Source of the DNA: Treponemataceae bacterium
GTDB lineage: Bacteria; Spirochaetota; Spirochaetia; Treponematales; Rectinemataceae
Reading direction: 5' to 3'
Assembly (NCBI GenBank): GCA_963677895.2
Contig: CAXXGJ010000018.1
Coordinates: 480,001-544,000, forward strand
Length of the DNA stretch: 64,000 nt
Shown here: positions 21,465 to 33,824 of the stretch, one piece after another
How positions within the stretch are numbered: position 1 is the first letter of the stretch
Layout of the letters: each line of letters opens with the position of its first letter
Position numbers and translations under genes: made by a program
The notes under the pieces: generated by a model
Told to the model about the DNA's origin: nothing
The model's input: the letters and a program-made list of their open reading frames with translations, nothing else
Databases searched by the model: none

Positions 21465-21965
21465 TCAGCTCTCGAGGCGCGCGTGGATGAGCTCGGCGAT
21501 TTCTTCCTTCGGCTTTCCGAGCGAGAAGGATATCTCGTCCTGAAGGAGGTTGATCGCCGAATCGTAGAGTTTCCGCTCGAGGATGGGGAGTTCCTTGATC
21601 TTCGAGCGATGATAGAGAGAGCGTACGACAGAGGCTATATCCATGATGGAACCTTTCTTGAGGAGATCCAGGTTCATCTGGTAGCGAAGTTTCCAATCGG
21701 ATGGTATGGGGGCGTAGTCCTCCGAGATGAAGGTCAGCGCCAGTTCTGCCTCGGTCTGGGGAACGATGGGGCGCAGTCCAAGGAATTCCGCCTTGTCCAC
21801 GGGCACCATGACGGTCATGTCGGAAAACTCGAGATAGATGATGTAGTAGAGAATCTTGGAATCCTTGAAGGATTTTTCCCTGATCTCGAGGATGCGTCCG
21901 ACACCCTGGCTGGGATAGACGACGCGCTGATCTATTTTATAGGCGGGGACCGTTTTGTTCTCCAT
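21465..21965 (-). CDS. carD: CarD-family transcription factor
   Basis: VVYPSQGVGRI, WKLRY; directly upstream of ispDF. Confidence 0.9.
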   Translation of the reverse strand: MENKTVPAYKIDQRVVYPSQGVGRILEIREKSFKDSKILYYIIYLEFSDMTVMVPVDKAEFLGLRPIVPQTEAELALTFISEDYAPIPSDWKLRYQMNLDLLKKGSIMDIASVVRSLYHRSKIKELPILERKLYDSAINLLQDEISFSLGKPKEEIAELIHARLES

Positions 21966-22072
21966 AGAAGGCCATTGTATCAAAAAAAAGGGCTTTCGTC
22001 AAAGCATTGACATCGTAATGACGATTTCCATGCTTGCGGGGATCAAATCCGAAGTGTATCGTTCAGCCTGGT

Positions 22073-22777
22073 ATGAAAAAGGTCAGACCGCTGCCCCCTG
22101 AAGCCTGGGCTTTCCCCTTCATAATCGCCGCCGTCGCCCTTGCCGGCATTGTCTTCAGGGCGGAAATAGCCGATGTCTACAGGAACAGGGAGACCGTCAG
22201 GGCATGGATGGAAGGGCTTGGCGTTCTGGGCCCCCTCGTTTTCATAGGCATACAGATACTCCAAGTCGTCGTCTTCGTGATCCCCGGCGAGCTCACCCAG
22301 GCTTCGGGCGGTTTCATTTTCGGTTTCTGGGGAGGCGCTATCCTCAGCCTGGTCGGGATAGCGGCAGGGTCTCTCGTCAACTATGGAATAGGCCGATTTT
22401 CCGGCCGCCCCTTTATCCGCGGCATTTTAGGCGAAGAACGCCTTGAAAAGGCGGAAAAAGCCCTGACAGAAAACAGAAGGGCTGAAGCGGGATATTTCCT
22501 CCTCTTTCTCGTGCCGGGCATCCCTAAGGATATTCTCTGCTACATCGCCGGCATGGCGAAAACACCTCTCGTCGAGTTCCTGGCGGCATCCATGACGGCT
22601 CGCCTCCCCGGGATCGCGGGCAGCACGCTCATCGGAATGGCCGCCTATTCCGGCCGGATAGCCCTTGCCCTTTGGCTCTTCGCCGCGGCCGTTATCCTTT
22701 TCATCGCCGGGCTTGTCTGGCGCAAGCCGCTCGAAGTCTGGCTCGCCAGGCGCTTCGGCGGGCTGAGGAATCGCTGA
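22073..22777 (+). CDS. TVP38/TMEM64 (VTT/DedA-like) membrane protein
   Basis: QVVVFVIPGE...GGFIFG, FLVPGIPKDILCYIAG. Confidence 0.85.
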   Translation: MKKVRPLPPEAWAFPFIIAAVALAGIVFRAEIADVYRNRETVRAWMEGLGVLGPLVFIGIQILQVVVFVIPGELTQASGGFIFGFWGGAILSLVGIAAGSLVNYGIGRFSGRPFIRGILGEERLEKAEKALTENRRAEAGYFLLFLVPGIPKDILCYIAGMAKTPLVEFLAASMTARLPGIAGSTLIGMAAYSGRIALALWLFAAAVILFIAGLVWRKPLEVWLARRFGGLRNR

Positions 22778-22791
22778 AACTGGAGGAAACC

Positions 22792-24420
22792 ATGGGCGGA
22801 GCCTGGTGGACAGAAGCCGTTTTCTATCAAATCTATCCCCGGAGTTTCAGGGACGCGAACGGCGATGGGACAGGGGACCTGGCCGGCATAGCGGAAAAAA
22901 TGGAGTATCTCGAGTGGCTGGGCGTCGATGCCCTCTGGATATCGCCCTTCTTTCCGAGCCCCATGAAGGACTTCGGCTACGATGTGGCCGACTATAGGGG
23001 CATAGATCCGCTCTTCGGGAGCGCCGAAGATTTCAGGCTGCTTGTAGAGAAAGCCAAACAGCGCGGGATCAGGATTGTCCTCGACCTCGTCGCCAACCAT
23101 AGCTCGGACGAGCATCCCTGGTTCAGGGAGGCGAGGACTTCGCGAGCGTCGCCGAAGCATGGATGGTATCTCTGGGCGCCCGATACAGGGAGACCTCCCA
23201 ACAACTGGAAGGCGATCTTCGAGCTGGGTACGGCCTGGCACTCCAACCCCGCGACAGGCGAACGCTATCTCGGGACCTTTACCCGGCACCAGCCGGAATT
23301 CGACTGGCGGAACCCGGAAGTCCGGGAAGCCTTCTATGACATCATGCGATACTGGTACGATCTGGGCGTGGACGGATTCAGGCTCGACGTCGCCACCGCG
23401 TACATGAAGGATCCCGAGCTGCGCTCCAATCCGTTCTCCTTCAAGGCCGTCCCGGATTTCTTCCAGAACCATATCCACGACCGCAATCATCCCGATTTTC
23501 ATAGAGTGTTCAAGGAGATGCGGCGCGTCGCCGACGAATGGGAATCCGCTTGCCCCGGGGCGAGCGGACCCGGCGAGCGCGTGCTTATCGGGGAGACCCA
23601 CGGCGAGAACCCGACTCTCGCCGCGTCCTGCCATGGCGAACGGGGCGACGAGCTGCATATGGCGTTCAATTTCGATTTCCTGAACCAGCCCTGGAAGGCC
23701 GAAGCCTTTCGGCGTTCGGCGGAGCGCTGGTATTCTCTTCTGCCCGCCGGGGCATGGCCCAATTTCACCTTGAGCAATCACGACAGGCCGCGCCATGCCT
23801 GGCGCTACCGCTCGCGCTACCCGAAAATTACCGAGGCGAGAGCGAAGATCGCCGCCGCTATGCTCCTTACGCTCAAAGGGACTCCCTTCCTTTACTATGG
23901 GGAAGAGATCGGCATGACCTGTTACAGGCTACCCCGCGCCGCCCTCCGCGACCCCCTCGGGATCAAAACCTGGCCTCTGACCTCCCTCGGCCGCGATCCT
24001 GAGCGCGGACCCATGCAATGGGACGCGAGTCCCGGCGGCGGATTCGGTTCCGAAAAGCCATGGCTTCCTCTCGGTCCCGACTGGCGCGAGCGCAACGTGG
24101 AAGCCCAGCGCGGGCGGCCTGACTCCATTCTCGCATGGTACAGGGACCTCATCGCGCTCAGGCGGACAAGCGTCGCCCTGAGCGGCGGCTCCCTGCGTTT
24201 CCTCGATGCCGCGCCCGGCGTCCTCGCTTTTGAAAGGAAGGACGAAGCTTCCGGGGAAAATATCGCGATTTTTCTCAATTTCGCGTCGCGCGCGAGGAAG
24301 ATCGAACTAAAGGAAAATCTAGCCGTCCTGCTTGGGACCGCCCGCCCCGGGGGCGCTGTCCTGGCCGCCGGCGGCAGCCTTCTCGGTCCATGCGAAGCGC
24401 TCATCGCCCGCCAAGGCTGA
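22792..24420 (+). CDS. GH13 alpha-glucosidase/oligo-1,6-glucosidase
   Basis: YQIYPRSFRDANGDGTGDL, DLVANH, GFRLDVA, IGE, NHD, YYGEEIGM. Confidence 0.92.
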   Translation: MGGAWWTEAVFYQIYPRSFRDANGDGTGDLAGIAEKMEYLEWLGVDALWISPFFPSPMKDFGYDVADYRGIDPLFGSAEDFRLLVEKAKQRGIRIVLDLVANHSSDEHPWFREARTSRASPKHGWYLWAPDTGRPPNNWKAIFELGTAWHSNPATGERYLGTFTRHQPEFDWRNPEVREAFYDIMRYWYDLGVDGFRLDVATAYMKDPELRSNPFSFKAVPDFFQNHIHDRNHPDFHRVFKEMRRVADEWESACPGASGPGERVLIGETHGENPTLAASCHGERGDELHMAFNFDFLNQPWKAEAFRRSAERWYSLLPAGAWPNFTLSNHDRPRHAWRYRSRYPKITEARAKIAAAMLLTLKGTPFLYYGEEIGMTCYRLPRAALRDPLGIKTWPLTSLGRDPERGPMQWDASPGGGFGSEKPWLPLGPDWRERNVEAQRGRPDSILAWYRDLIALRRTSVALSGGSLRFLDAAPGVLAFERKDEASGENIAIFLNFASRARKIELKENLAVLLGTARPGGAVLAAGGSLLGPCEALIARQG

Positions 24421-25071
24421 ATCCGCGCGCCTGGGGAGGTGGCGGGGCTTGCCGCCGGCCGAGGCCCGCTCTAGCTGGTATTCCTGCATGCGCGAAAAAG
24501 CGTCGAGAAGCCTCCGCTTGTCGGGGTAATTCTCCAATCCAGCCGATTCCAGGGTACAGAGCAGTTCGTGCACCGTCTCCAGGGTGGAAAGGCAGAGAGG
24601 GCCGGGCTGTCGCTTGATAAGCCACCGGCTCGGCGTTCGTGGCGTGAACATCAGCCTGGGAAGCCTCATCAGTCCCGGGCTCTCGCGGAGGACGGCCTTG
24701 GAGCAGGCCCAGGTAGCGTCGACAAGGAAGGCGATGACCCTCCGCCCTGAAACCTCGCCCGCGAACCGTTCCGCCATTCCTGGGTTGGAGAGATCGAAGG
24801 AGCCGCGGCCGGGGTAGAGGAGGACGGGAAAATTCCCGGGATCGTCGATGAGTTCCCTGACCCGCTTATGCTCGTCGAAGGCGATTCCCGGCAGCAATTC
24901 CGCGTCGGCTATATTCAGACAGGTCAGCCGCCCCGTGCCGCAGCGCTCGCGCCGCCATTCCTTGGGGTGCATGAGAAGGACGATCTTCGTTCGCAGGACC
25001 ATCGGAGGTTCGACAGGGCAGAGGCAGGATTCCAGAGGACGGCGGCAACGGGGACAAACATTCCGAAACAA
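24319..25071 (-). CDS. DTW-domain tRNA-uridine aminocarboxypropyltransferase (TapT-like)
   Basis: CxxC...CxC zinc motif, MHPKE, LLYPG, DATW, LSTLE. Confidence 0.85.
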   Translation of the reverse strand: MFRNVCPRCRRPLESCLCPVEPPMVLRTKIVLLMHPKEWRRERCGTGRLTCLNIADAELLPGIAFDEHKRVRELIDDPGNFPVLLYPGRGSFDLSNPGMAERFAGEVSGRRVIAFLVDATWACSKAVLRESPGLMRLPRLMFTPRTPSRWLIKRQPGPLCLSTLETVHELLCTLESAGLENYPDKRRLLDAFSRMQEYQLERASAGGKPRHLPRRADSALAGDERFAWTEKAAAGGQDSAPGAGGPKQDG

Positions 25072-25235
25072 TCTTTATCGCTCCTGGCGAGTACTATACA
25101 ATAAATCGAACATCCTGGGGATAGAGGAGCGGATGAGGTATGGCTTTTGGCCTTTGGCTCCGGAGCGTTTTTTTATTATTATAAAAGAGAACGATCGCGA
25201 ACATAAAATCCCCGATATAGCCAGGAGCGATACTC

Positions 25236-27074
<1,839 letters not shown>

Positions 27075-27123
27075 GCTTTTGGCGATGAGGGACTCCACGA
27101 TTATCGAAGAAAAGGGGTGATGC

Positions 27124-28662
27124 TTGAAGCGGCTGCAGAAGATTCTATCGAGTAAAGCGAACCTGGTGTTCTTCGCGATGCTCATTCAGCTGGCGATCCT
27201 TGTAGGCGGCCTCATCGCGTTCATGGATTCCTTCTATATTTTTTACAGCTTGAGCATCGTGTTGAGCTTCGCCGTGGTCCTATGGATTCTCAACGACACG
27301 AGCAATCCCGCGTATAAGATAGCGTGGCTCATTCCGATTCTTGTCTTCCCCATCTTTGGAGGTATCTTCTATCTCTTTTTCGGCAAGATTCGCCTGAGCG
27401 GGAAAATGAAACAGCAGATCAAGGAAGGCGAAAAATGGGTGCGTCCGCTGACGACGCGGGGGAGCGAAAACCTCGGGAAACTGGAATCCCTGAATATTGA
27501 CGCCGCCATGCAGTCGCGCTATCTCAGCGTCCACGCCAGGAACCCGGTCTGGACCAATACGGCCACCGAATATCTTCCCTCCGGTGAAATAGCCTTCGAA
27601 CGCATAACCGAAGCGTTGAAAAAGGCCGAACATTTCATATTCGTCGAATTCTTCATCATCGGGGAAGGCCGGATGTGGGAAACCATCCTCGCCATCCTCG
27701 AGGAGAAGGCGAAGCAGGGCGTCGACGTGCGCGTCATGTACGACGATTTCGGCTGCATCGGGCGATTGCCGTCCAACTATGAGAAGCGACTGGAGGCCAT
27801 GGGCATCAAATGCGCGGTCTTCAATCTGCTCAAGCCCCTCCTCTCCGCCAGCTACAATCACCGCGATCACCGGAAGATTCTGGTGATAGACGGCAGGGTG
27901 GGATTTACCGGCGGCATAAATCTGGCCGACGAGTATATCAATGAATTCCCCCGATTCGGTCACTGGAAGGACAATGCCATTAGGCTGGAAGGGGATGCCG
28001 TGGCCAGCTTCACGTCGATGTTCCTCAAGTTGTGGAGCTTCGCGAGACGGAAGCATGATGACGACCTGCGGTACGAAATTTTCCCCCAGGAAGGATGGCC
28101 CGTCTCGGAATCCGACGGATTCGTCCAGCCCTACGAGGATAGCCCCCTGGACTCGGAGCTTGTCGGCGAAAATGTCTACCTGAACATCATCGGCAAGGCA
28201 AAACGGTATCTCTACATCACGACACCTTACCTCATCATCGACAACGAAATGCTGATGGCGCTCACCCTGGCCGCGAAGAACGGACTGGATGTCCGCATCA
28301 TAACCCCTCACATCCCCGACAAATGGTATGTCCATGCCGTCACCCGCGCCAACTATCGCGCGCTCGTCGCCGGCGGCGTGCGGATCTTCGAGTATATGCC
28401 CGGCTTCATCCATTCGAAGACCTTCGTGGCGGACGATATCTTCGGGACGGTGGGCACCATAAACCTGGATTTCAGGAGCCTCTACCTCCATTTTGAGTGC
28501 GGCGTCTGGCTTTACGGCTGCAAAAGCCTTCTGGCCATGCGCGACGACTTCCTCGCCACCCTGGGGAAATGCCAGGAAGTGACCATCGCCGAGCTCGATG
28601 CCATTAAAATCCATCGCAAGGTTGCCGGCTGGCTGCTGAAGGTCTTTTCGCCCCTTCTCTGA
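27124..28662 (+). CDS. cls: Cardiolipin synthase
   Basis: Two HKD motifs (HRKILVID, HSKTFVAD) and N-terminal TM helices. Confidence 0.92.
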   Translation: MKRLQKILSSKANLVFFAMLIQLAILVGGLIAFMDSFYIFYSLSIVLSFAVVLWILNDTSNPAYKIAWLIPILVFPIFGGIFYLFFGKIRLSGKMKQQIKEGEKWVRPLTTRGSENLGKLESLNIDAAMQSRYLSVHARNPVWTNTATEYLPSGEIAFERITEALKKAEHFIFVEFFIIGEGRMWETILAILEEKAKQGVDVRVMYDDFGCIGRLPSNYEKRLEAMGIKCAVFNLLKPLLSASYNHRDHRKILVIDGRVGFTGGINLADEYINEFPRFGHWKDNAIRLEGDAVASFTSMFLKLWSFARRKHDDDLRYEIFPQEGWPVSESDGFVQPYEDSPLDSELVGENVYLNIIGKAKRYLYITTPYLIIDNEMLMALTLAAKNGLDVRIITPHIPDKWYVHAVTRANYRALVAGGVRIFEYMPGFIHSKTFVADDIFGTVGTINLDFRSLYLHFECGVWLYGCKSLLAMRDDFLATLGKCQEVTIAELDAIKIHRKVAGWLLKVFSPLL

Positions 28663-28811
28663 ATATCCCGCCGCCGCTCCGTTCTTTTAAATAGTCGTCC
28701 AAGCCTCCGCCAAATTATATCGCTTGCCTGGCGCAAACTCATGAGCTACAGTAAAAGTCCGGAAATGGCCGCGCGATGCCCTAAGGCGAAGAGGCGGTGA
28801 AGGATGCGACG

Positions 28812-30764
28812 ATGATCTCCAATATCTTCGCGCCGCTCGTGGCGGGGCTGTTTTTCCTTCTCTATTTCATATACTTCATCATAGCCAACCCCTCGAAAGC
28901 CGCATCCTACCGGTATTTCGTCATATTCCTCATCAGCATGAGCGTCTTCACCCTCGGGAGGCCTCTCCAGTTGATGCTGGGACCGCACCCCCTTCCTCTG
29001 ATCATCGTCAATATACGTGTCTTCATTCTCTGCGCGGTGATAGCGCCTATCATAATCCTCGCCTCGGATCTATTCGCGAAGCGAAGAAAAAAGACCTTCC
29101 AGGCCATCATTGTTTCGGTATGCGTCCTCCTCGGCCTCACCTATGTGGTGTTCAACACGCTGGGTACCGGTGCGAGCAAGGTTCTTTTCGGATTCGCCGG
29201 CATGATAGCGCGCGACAACGATACGCCATCGGGAATGGCTCCTTTTTATGGACGGGAAGTCACCATCGCGGTTCAGGTAGTCATCGGCCTCATCCTTCTT
29301 TTATTCTCCCTGGTCAAGCTTGTGGCGCTGATGCGAGAGACATCGCTCAAGGGGTTTCTCAAGAGCCAGGTTTTTCTGTTCAACGGGGGAGTCTTCATAT
29401 TCGCCGCCTCCTTCATCATGGGATCTCTCCTGAAACAGTGGGGCATCTACTATGCCGCGTCGGTGGCGAGCGCTCTCCTCTTCGGCGCGAGCGTCATGAT
29501 CGACGCGAAGGAAGTGCATCGCGGCTACGAGAAGCTGATTCCTTTCATAAAAGAGGACATCGTCGACAATGTCGCTTTCAGCGAGTTCACCAAGCCCAAG
29601 CTGACGGAGATGCTCGGCTGTCTCGGCAAAGGCGACCTGAACACCGTCGTCGTGATGAAAATGATGACCGGCCGGCCCGAAGCCCTGAGGGACCTGAGTT
29701 CGATGGACGAGGTTATGAGGATCGCGGGCAAAGCCTTCGAAAACGCCTTCAGCGAGGAGTGTTTTCTCCTCATTCCCCTCTCCAGGGGGAGGATAATGGC
29801 GGTCCTCAGACTTACCGAGGATACGGTCGCCGGCAGAAAAAGAGCTATCCTCTGGGATGCCCTGGAGGGCATCCAGACCGAAGCGCGACGAGGCCTGAAG
29901 TGCGGGCTCGCCATCGGGATAGGAAGGAGCTGCGGACGCATGGAGGACCTGCGCCTCTCCTATCATGAGGCGCTCAAGGCGCAGGAATACGCCGAGCGAC
30001 TTGAGACCTCGAGCATTATCCACGTCGAGACCCTCGATGGCCTCGATAGGCGCGAAAGCCGCTATCCCGTCAAGGAAAAGGAGACGCTTCTCTCCCTGAT
30101 CGAGGCGGGCGAAGCGGAAAAAGCCGGGAAGGCTTGCGCCGAATTCATGGTGAAATTCGCGCCCTTCGTTGCGGAGCGGCCCGAGGTCCTGAAAGTCCGG
30201 CTGTACGAGTTTGTCGGTTCCTTGATCGACGCGGCGATGCTTGGGGGAGGGGACGAAAACAAGTTGAACGAACTCGTCGCCGGCTATTTTGGCGACATTG
30301 ACCACGCCAAGGATCCCGAAATGGTCGGAAAGTGGATGGAAAAGGTAGCGCGGGAGGTGGCCGAATCGGTAGCCCACGTCCATGAAAACCGTTCCAAGTC
30401 CCTGGTCAAGCGCGCGATGAAATACGTTGAGGAGCATTCCGAATTGCCCCTGAGCTACCGCGATGTGGCCAAGGAAGTCTTCGTCAGCCCCTCCTATTTT
30501 CTCTTTCTCTTCAAGCGCGAGATGGGGCTCACTTTCGTGGATTTCCTGACCGCGGTGAGGGTGGAGAAGGCCAAGCTCCTTCTCGCCACCACGGAGAAGA
30601 ACGTCACTGAGATCGCTTTCGAGGTTGGCTTCAATAACCCGAATTATTTCTCGAGCACCTTCAGGAAGCTCGTCGGAATGAGCCCGAAGGAGTATCGAGG
30701 AGGAGAAATCTCCGAGATCGCCGCGAAACAGAGTGTTTCGTCATATTTTGTAGAAAAAAAATAA
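28812..30764 (+). CDS. Membrane-anchored AraC-family regulator
   Basis: About 7 hydrophobic segments in the first 230 aa; IGIG...LRLSYHEA middle domain; C-terminal AraC HTH (VTEIAFEVGFNNPNYFSSTFRKLVGMSPKEYR). Confidence 0.85.
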   Translation: MISNIFAPLVAGLFFLLYFIYFIIANPSKAASYRYFVIFLISMSVFTLGRPLQLMLGPHPLPLIIVNIRVFILCAVIAPIIILASDLFAKRRKKTFQAIIVSVCVLLGLTYVVFNTLGTGASKVLFGFAGMIARDNDTPSGMAPFYGREVTIAVQVVIGLILLLFSLVKLVALMRETSLKGFLKSQVFLFNGGVFIFAASFIMGSLLKQWGIYYAASVASALLFGASVMIDAKEVHRGYEKLIPFIKEDIVDNVAFSEFTKPKLTEMLGCLGKGDLNTVVVMKMMTGRPEALRDLSSMDEVMRIAGKAFENAFSEECFLLIPLSRGRIMAVLRLTEDTVAGRKRAILWDALEGIQTEARRGLKCGLAIGIGRSCGRMEDLRLSYHEALKAQEYAERLETSSIIHVETLDGLDRRESRYPVKEKETLLSLIEAGEAEKAGKACAEFMVKFAPFVAERPEVLKVRLYEFVGSLIDAAMLGGGDENKLNELVAGYFGDIDHAKDPEMVGKWMEKVAREVAESVAHVHENRSKSLVKRAMKYVEEHSELPLSYRDVAKEVFVSPSYFLFLFKREMGLTFVDFLTAVRVEKAKLLLATTEKNVTEIAFEVGFNNPNYFSSTFRKLVGMSPKEYRGGEISEIAAKQSVSSYFVEKK

Positions 30765-30874
30765 GATTTTTAATGCGCCCGGCCTCGTCGTGGTCCCCAA
30801 TGAAGAGCGAAGGGGACGCGGCGTCGGGTGTCGAATCTCCTTCACATCGCCATCAATGTAAAGGAGAGCCATCG

Positions 30875-31867
30875 ATGAACGTGAAGAAAGCATTCGGGAT
30901 TCTCGCCGTCCTTCTGCTTCTCTGCCCCGCACTCGTTTTCTCGCAGGCCAAGGCCAAGGTGAAGTACCGCCTGAACGTAGGCATGGTGGTCACCGAGACC
31001 GATCCAATGTTCATAGGAGCGCAGGAGTTCAAGAAGAATGTCGAGGCGCGGACGAAAGGCGAAATCGCCATCGGCGTCTATCCCAACTCCCTCCTTGGAG
31101 ACACCAAGGATATGCAGGAACAGGTGAAGGCCGGCGCGAACATCGCCGTCATCACCGACGCCGCCCGCCTTGCGGAAAGCGTTCCCGCCATCGGCATTCT
31201 GGGCGCGCCCTATATCGTCGACAGCGCAGAAGAAGCCAAAAAGCTCACGACCTCAACCCTCTTCAAGGGCTGGACGGACGAACTCGCCGACAAGTACGAC
31301 TACAGGGTTCTTTCCTTCAACTGGTACCAGGGAGCCCGCCACTTCTGGACCAACAAACCCATTAAAGTGCCGGCTGACCTGAAGGGATTGCGCATCAGGA
31401 CGCCGGGCGCCACGGTCTGGCAGGCTACCATCAAGGCCATGGGCGCCGAGCCCACATCCCTGGGCTGGGCCGAAGTCTATCCCGGCATCCAGCAGAAGGT
31501 CATAGACGGCGCCGAAGCCCAGCATCCCGCTTCCTCCGGAATCAGGATGTACGAGGTCGCCAAGTATTTGGCCAAGACCTACCACTTCCAGCTCGTGACC
31601 CCCCTCGTCTGCTCCGAGTCGTGGTTCCAAACCCTGCCCAAGGCTTATCAGGAAATTCTTCTCGAGGAAGCCCTGAAGGCCGGCGACTACGCCACCAAAC
31701 TGACCATCGACGGGCTCGCGGCCAACGAAGCCGAGTTCAAGTCCAAGGGCGTCATCATCTCCGAACCCGATCTCGCGCCTTTCAAGAAAGCCTGCGAAGC
31801 CGTCTACGATCAGATCCCCGGCTATAGGGATCTGAAGAACCAGGTCAACAAATTGCTCGGGAAGTAA
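30875..31867 (+). CDS. dctP: TRAP DctP solute-binding protein
   Basis: Signal peptide, YQGARH, DLKGLRIRTP (conserved Arg), IDGAE. Confidence 0.9.
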   Translation: MNVKKAFGILAVLLLLCPALVFSQAKAKVKYRLNVGMVVTETDPMFIGAQEFKKNVEARTKGEIAIGVYPNSLLGDTKDMQEQVKAGANIAVITDAARLAESVPAIGILGAPYIVDSAEEAKKLTTSTLFKGWTDELADKYDYRVLSFNWYQGARHFWTNKPIKVPADLKGLRIRTPGATVWQATIKAMGAEPTSLGWAEVYPGIQQKVIDGAEAQHPASSGIRMYEVAKYLAKTYHFQLVTPLVCSESWFQTLPKAYQEILLEEALKAGDYATKLTIDGLAANEAEFKSKGVIISEPDLAPFKKACEAVYDQIPGYRDLKNQVNKLLGK

Positions 31868-31883
31868 GCCTGAGTATCTTCGG

Positions 31884-31928
31884 GAGGAAGCCCCTGGCCG
31901 AACCTCGGTTCGCGGGCTTCCTCTTTTT
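31884..31928 (+). terminator. Hairpin/terminator after dctP
   Basis: GAGGAAGCCC...GGGCTTCCTC then TTTTT. Confidence 0.65.
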
Positions 31929-31958
31929 ACACACCCTAAGGGGAAGGCTGGAAAAACC

Positions 31959-32489
31959 ATGAAAACGTTGCGCGCCATCGATAACTACATTATAAAATCC
32001 GAGAAGATCATCTCGGAAATATTGCTGGGAGCCATCATCATCCTTGTCTTTACGGCTGCCGCCCTGCGGGTGATCCGAAAACCCATCGTCTGGTCGGTTG
32101 ACTTCGCCCAACTTCTCTTCGTCTGGGTATGCTTCATCGGCGCCGACCTCGCGATGGAAAAGGACAAGCACATCGGTGTCGATCTTGTCACCAACCTCCT
32201 GCCCAAGTATGTCCAAAAAAACTTCAGGCTCATCGCCAATCTGCTGGCGATCGCCTTTTTATGCATCATCGCCATTTATGGAACGCGCCTGGCCATCATC
32301 AACAGCAAGGACCAGTTCAGCGGCATGGAGCTCAGCCATTCCTGGGCGACGATGAGCGCGCCGATCGGCTGCGCCTTGATGATCCGCACTCTGGCCAAGA
32401 AAACCTTTGGGCTTGTCCGCGGAGGCGCCGATCCGACTTCAGGGAAAGACGTCGGCACAGCCGCCGGGACGGCAAAGGAAGCGCTATGA
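31959..32489 (+). CDS. dctQ: TRAP small permease
   Basis: Four TM segments; W..DFAQLLFVW, HIGVD. Confidence 0.88.
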   Translation: MKTLRAIDNYIIKSEKIISEILLGAIIILVFTAAALRVIRKPIVWSVDFAQLLFVWVCFIGADLAMEKDKHIGVDLVTNLLPKYVQKNFRLIANLLAIAFLCIIAIYGTRLAIINSKDQFSGMELSHSWATMSAPIGCALMIRTLAKKTFGLVRGGADPTSGKDVGTAAGTAKEAL

Positions 32490-33769
32490 TACTCCTCGTC
32501 GTTCTTTTCGTCCTGCTTCTCTGCATGAACGTGCCCCTGGCTTTCGTGGTCGGCATTTCCTCCTTGAGCTATTTCATCGGCAATCCCGACATGCCCCTGA
32601 TGGTGCCAGTCACCAAGATGATCTATTCGACCCAGTCCTTCCCCCTCCTGGCGGTACCTTTCTTCCTTCTGGCCGGCAACATCATGACGGAATGCGGCAT
32701 AACGAGGCGGCTTTTCGACTTCTGCAATATAGCCACCGGACACATGAGGGGAGGGCTCGCCCACGTCAACATCCTCCTCTCCACCCTCATGGGCGGCATC
32801 TCCGGGTCGGCCGCCTCCGACGCGGCGATGGACTGCAGAATGACGGCACCCGAGATGATCAAACGAGGCTATTCCAAGGGATTCACCGCCGCCGTCACCG
32901 CGTATTCCTCGCTGATCACCGCTACCATACCTCCCGGCATCGGCCTCATACTCTTCGGATTCATCGGATCCGTATCCATCGGACGGCTCTTCGCCGGCGG
33001 CATTATGCCCGGTTTATTGATGTGCGCCATCATGATGTTCACAGCCTGGATAATTTCCGCGAAACGAGGCTACGGCCGCTCCCGGGAAAAACGGGCGACG
33101 CCCAGGGAATTCTTCAGGTCCTTCCTCGACAATATCTGGGCGATCATATTCCCCATCATCTTGATCGTCGGCATCCGGTTCGGCATTTTTACCCCATCGG
33201 AAGCCGGAGCCTTCGCCGTCGTCTACGCCATCGTCATAGGCAAGTTCGTGTACAAGGAGCTGACCAACGAGAAGATCGTGGAAGCCCTGCGCCAGACGGT
33301 GATGGACAACGGCATGATCATGCTCATCATCATCTGCTCATCCATATTCGGCCACGTGATCATCATCAACCAGGCGCCCCAGGCTATCGCCACAGCCCTG
33401 GTTTCCATCACCACGAATCCGGTCCTGCTCGTCTTCATCATCGTCGTCTTCCTCGTCATCGCGGGAATGTTCATGGAGCCCACGGTGAATACCCTCCTCC
33501 TGACGCCGATCTTCCTGCCCATCGTCAAGGCGGTCGGCGTGGATCCCGTGCATTTCGGCCTCATCATGATGACGACGATCACCCTTGGAAGCTTCACGCC
33601 GCCCGTGGGCGTCGTGATCTACGCGGTCTGTTCGATACTGGAAGTCCCCTTGAAGGATTATCTCAAGGAATCACTGCCCTTCCTCGCCAGCGTCCTCGTC
33701 CTCATCGCCCTCATGATCATTTTCCCGCAGATAGTGCTCTTCCTGCCGAACCTCATCTACGGAAAATGA
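32486..33769 (+). CDS. dctM: TRAP large permease
   Basis: LLAVPFFLLAGNIM, GGISGSAASD, IPPGI, TPSEAG, FTPPVG. Confidence 0.92.
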   Translation: MILLVVLFVLLLCMNVPLAFVVGISSLSYFIGNPDMPLMVPVTKMIYSTQSFPLLAVPFFLLAGNIMTECGITRRLFDFCNIATGHMRGGLAHVNILLSTLMGGISGSAASDAAMDCRMTAPEMIKRGYSKGFTAAVTAYSSLITATIPPGIGLILFGFIGSVSIGRLFAGGIMPGLLMCAIMMFTAWIISAKRGYGRSREKRATPREFFRSFLDNIWAIIFPIILIVGIRFGIFTPSEAGAFAVVYAIVIGKFVYKELTNEKIVEALRQTVMDNGMIMLIIICSSIFGHVIIINQAPQAIATALVSITTNPVLLVFIIVVFLVIAGMFMEPTVNTLLLTPIFLPIVKAVGVDPVHFGLIMMTTITLGSFTPPVGVVIYAVCSILEVPLKDYLKESLPFLASVLVLIALMIIFPQIVLFLPNLIYGK

Positions 33770-33824
33770 TTCATGGTGGCGCGAATGCGTTTTTAATATT
33801 ATTCTTTGCGGAAGGAGAGTCCGG

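Noticed and set aside
20163..21965. carD-ispDF linkage as a novelty
   Set aside because: Known conserved gene order.
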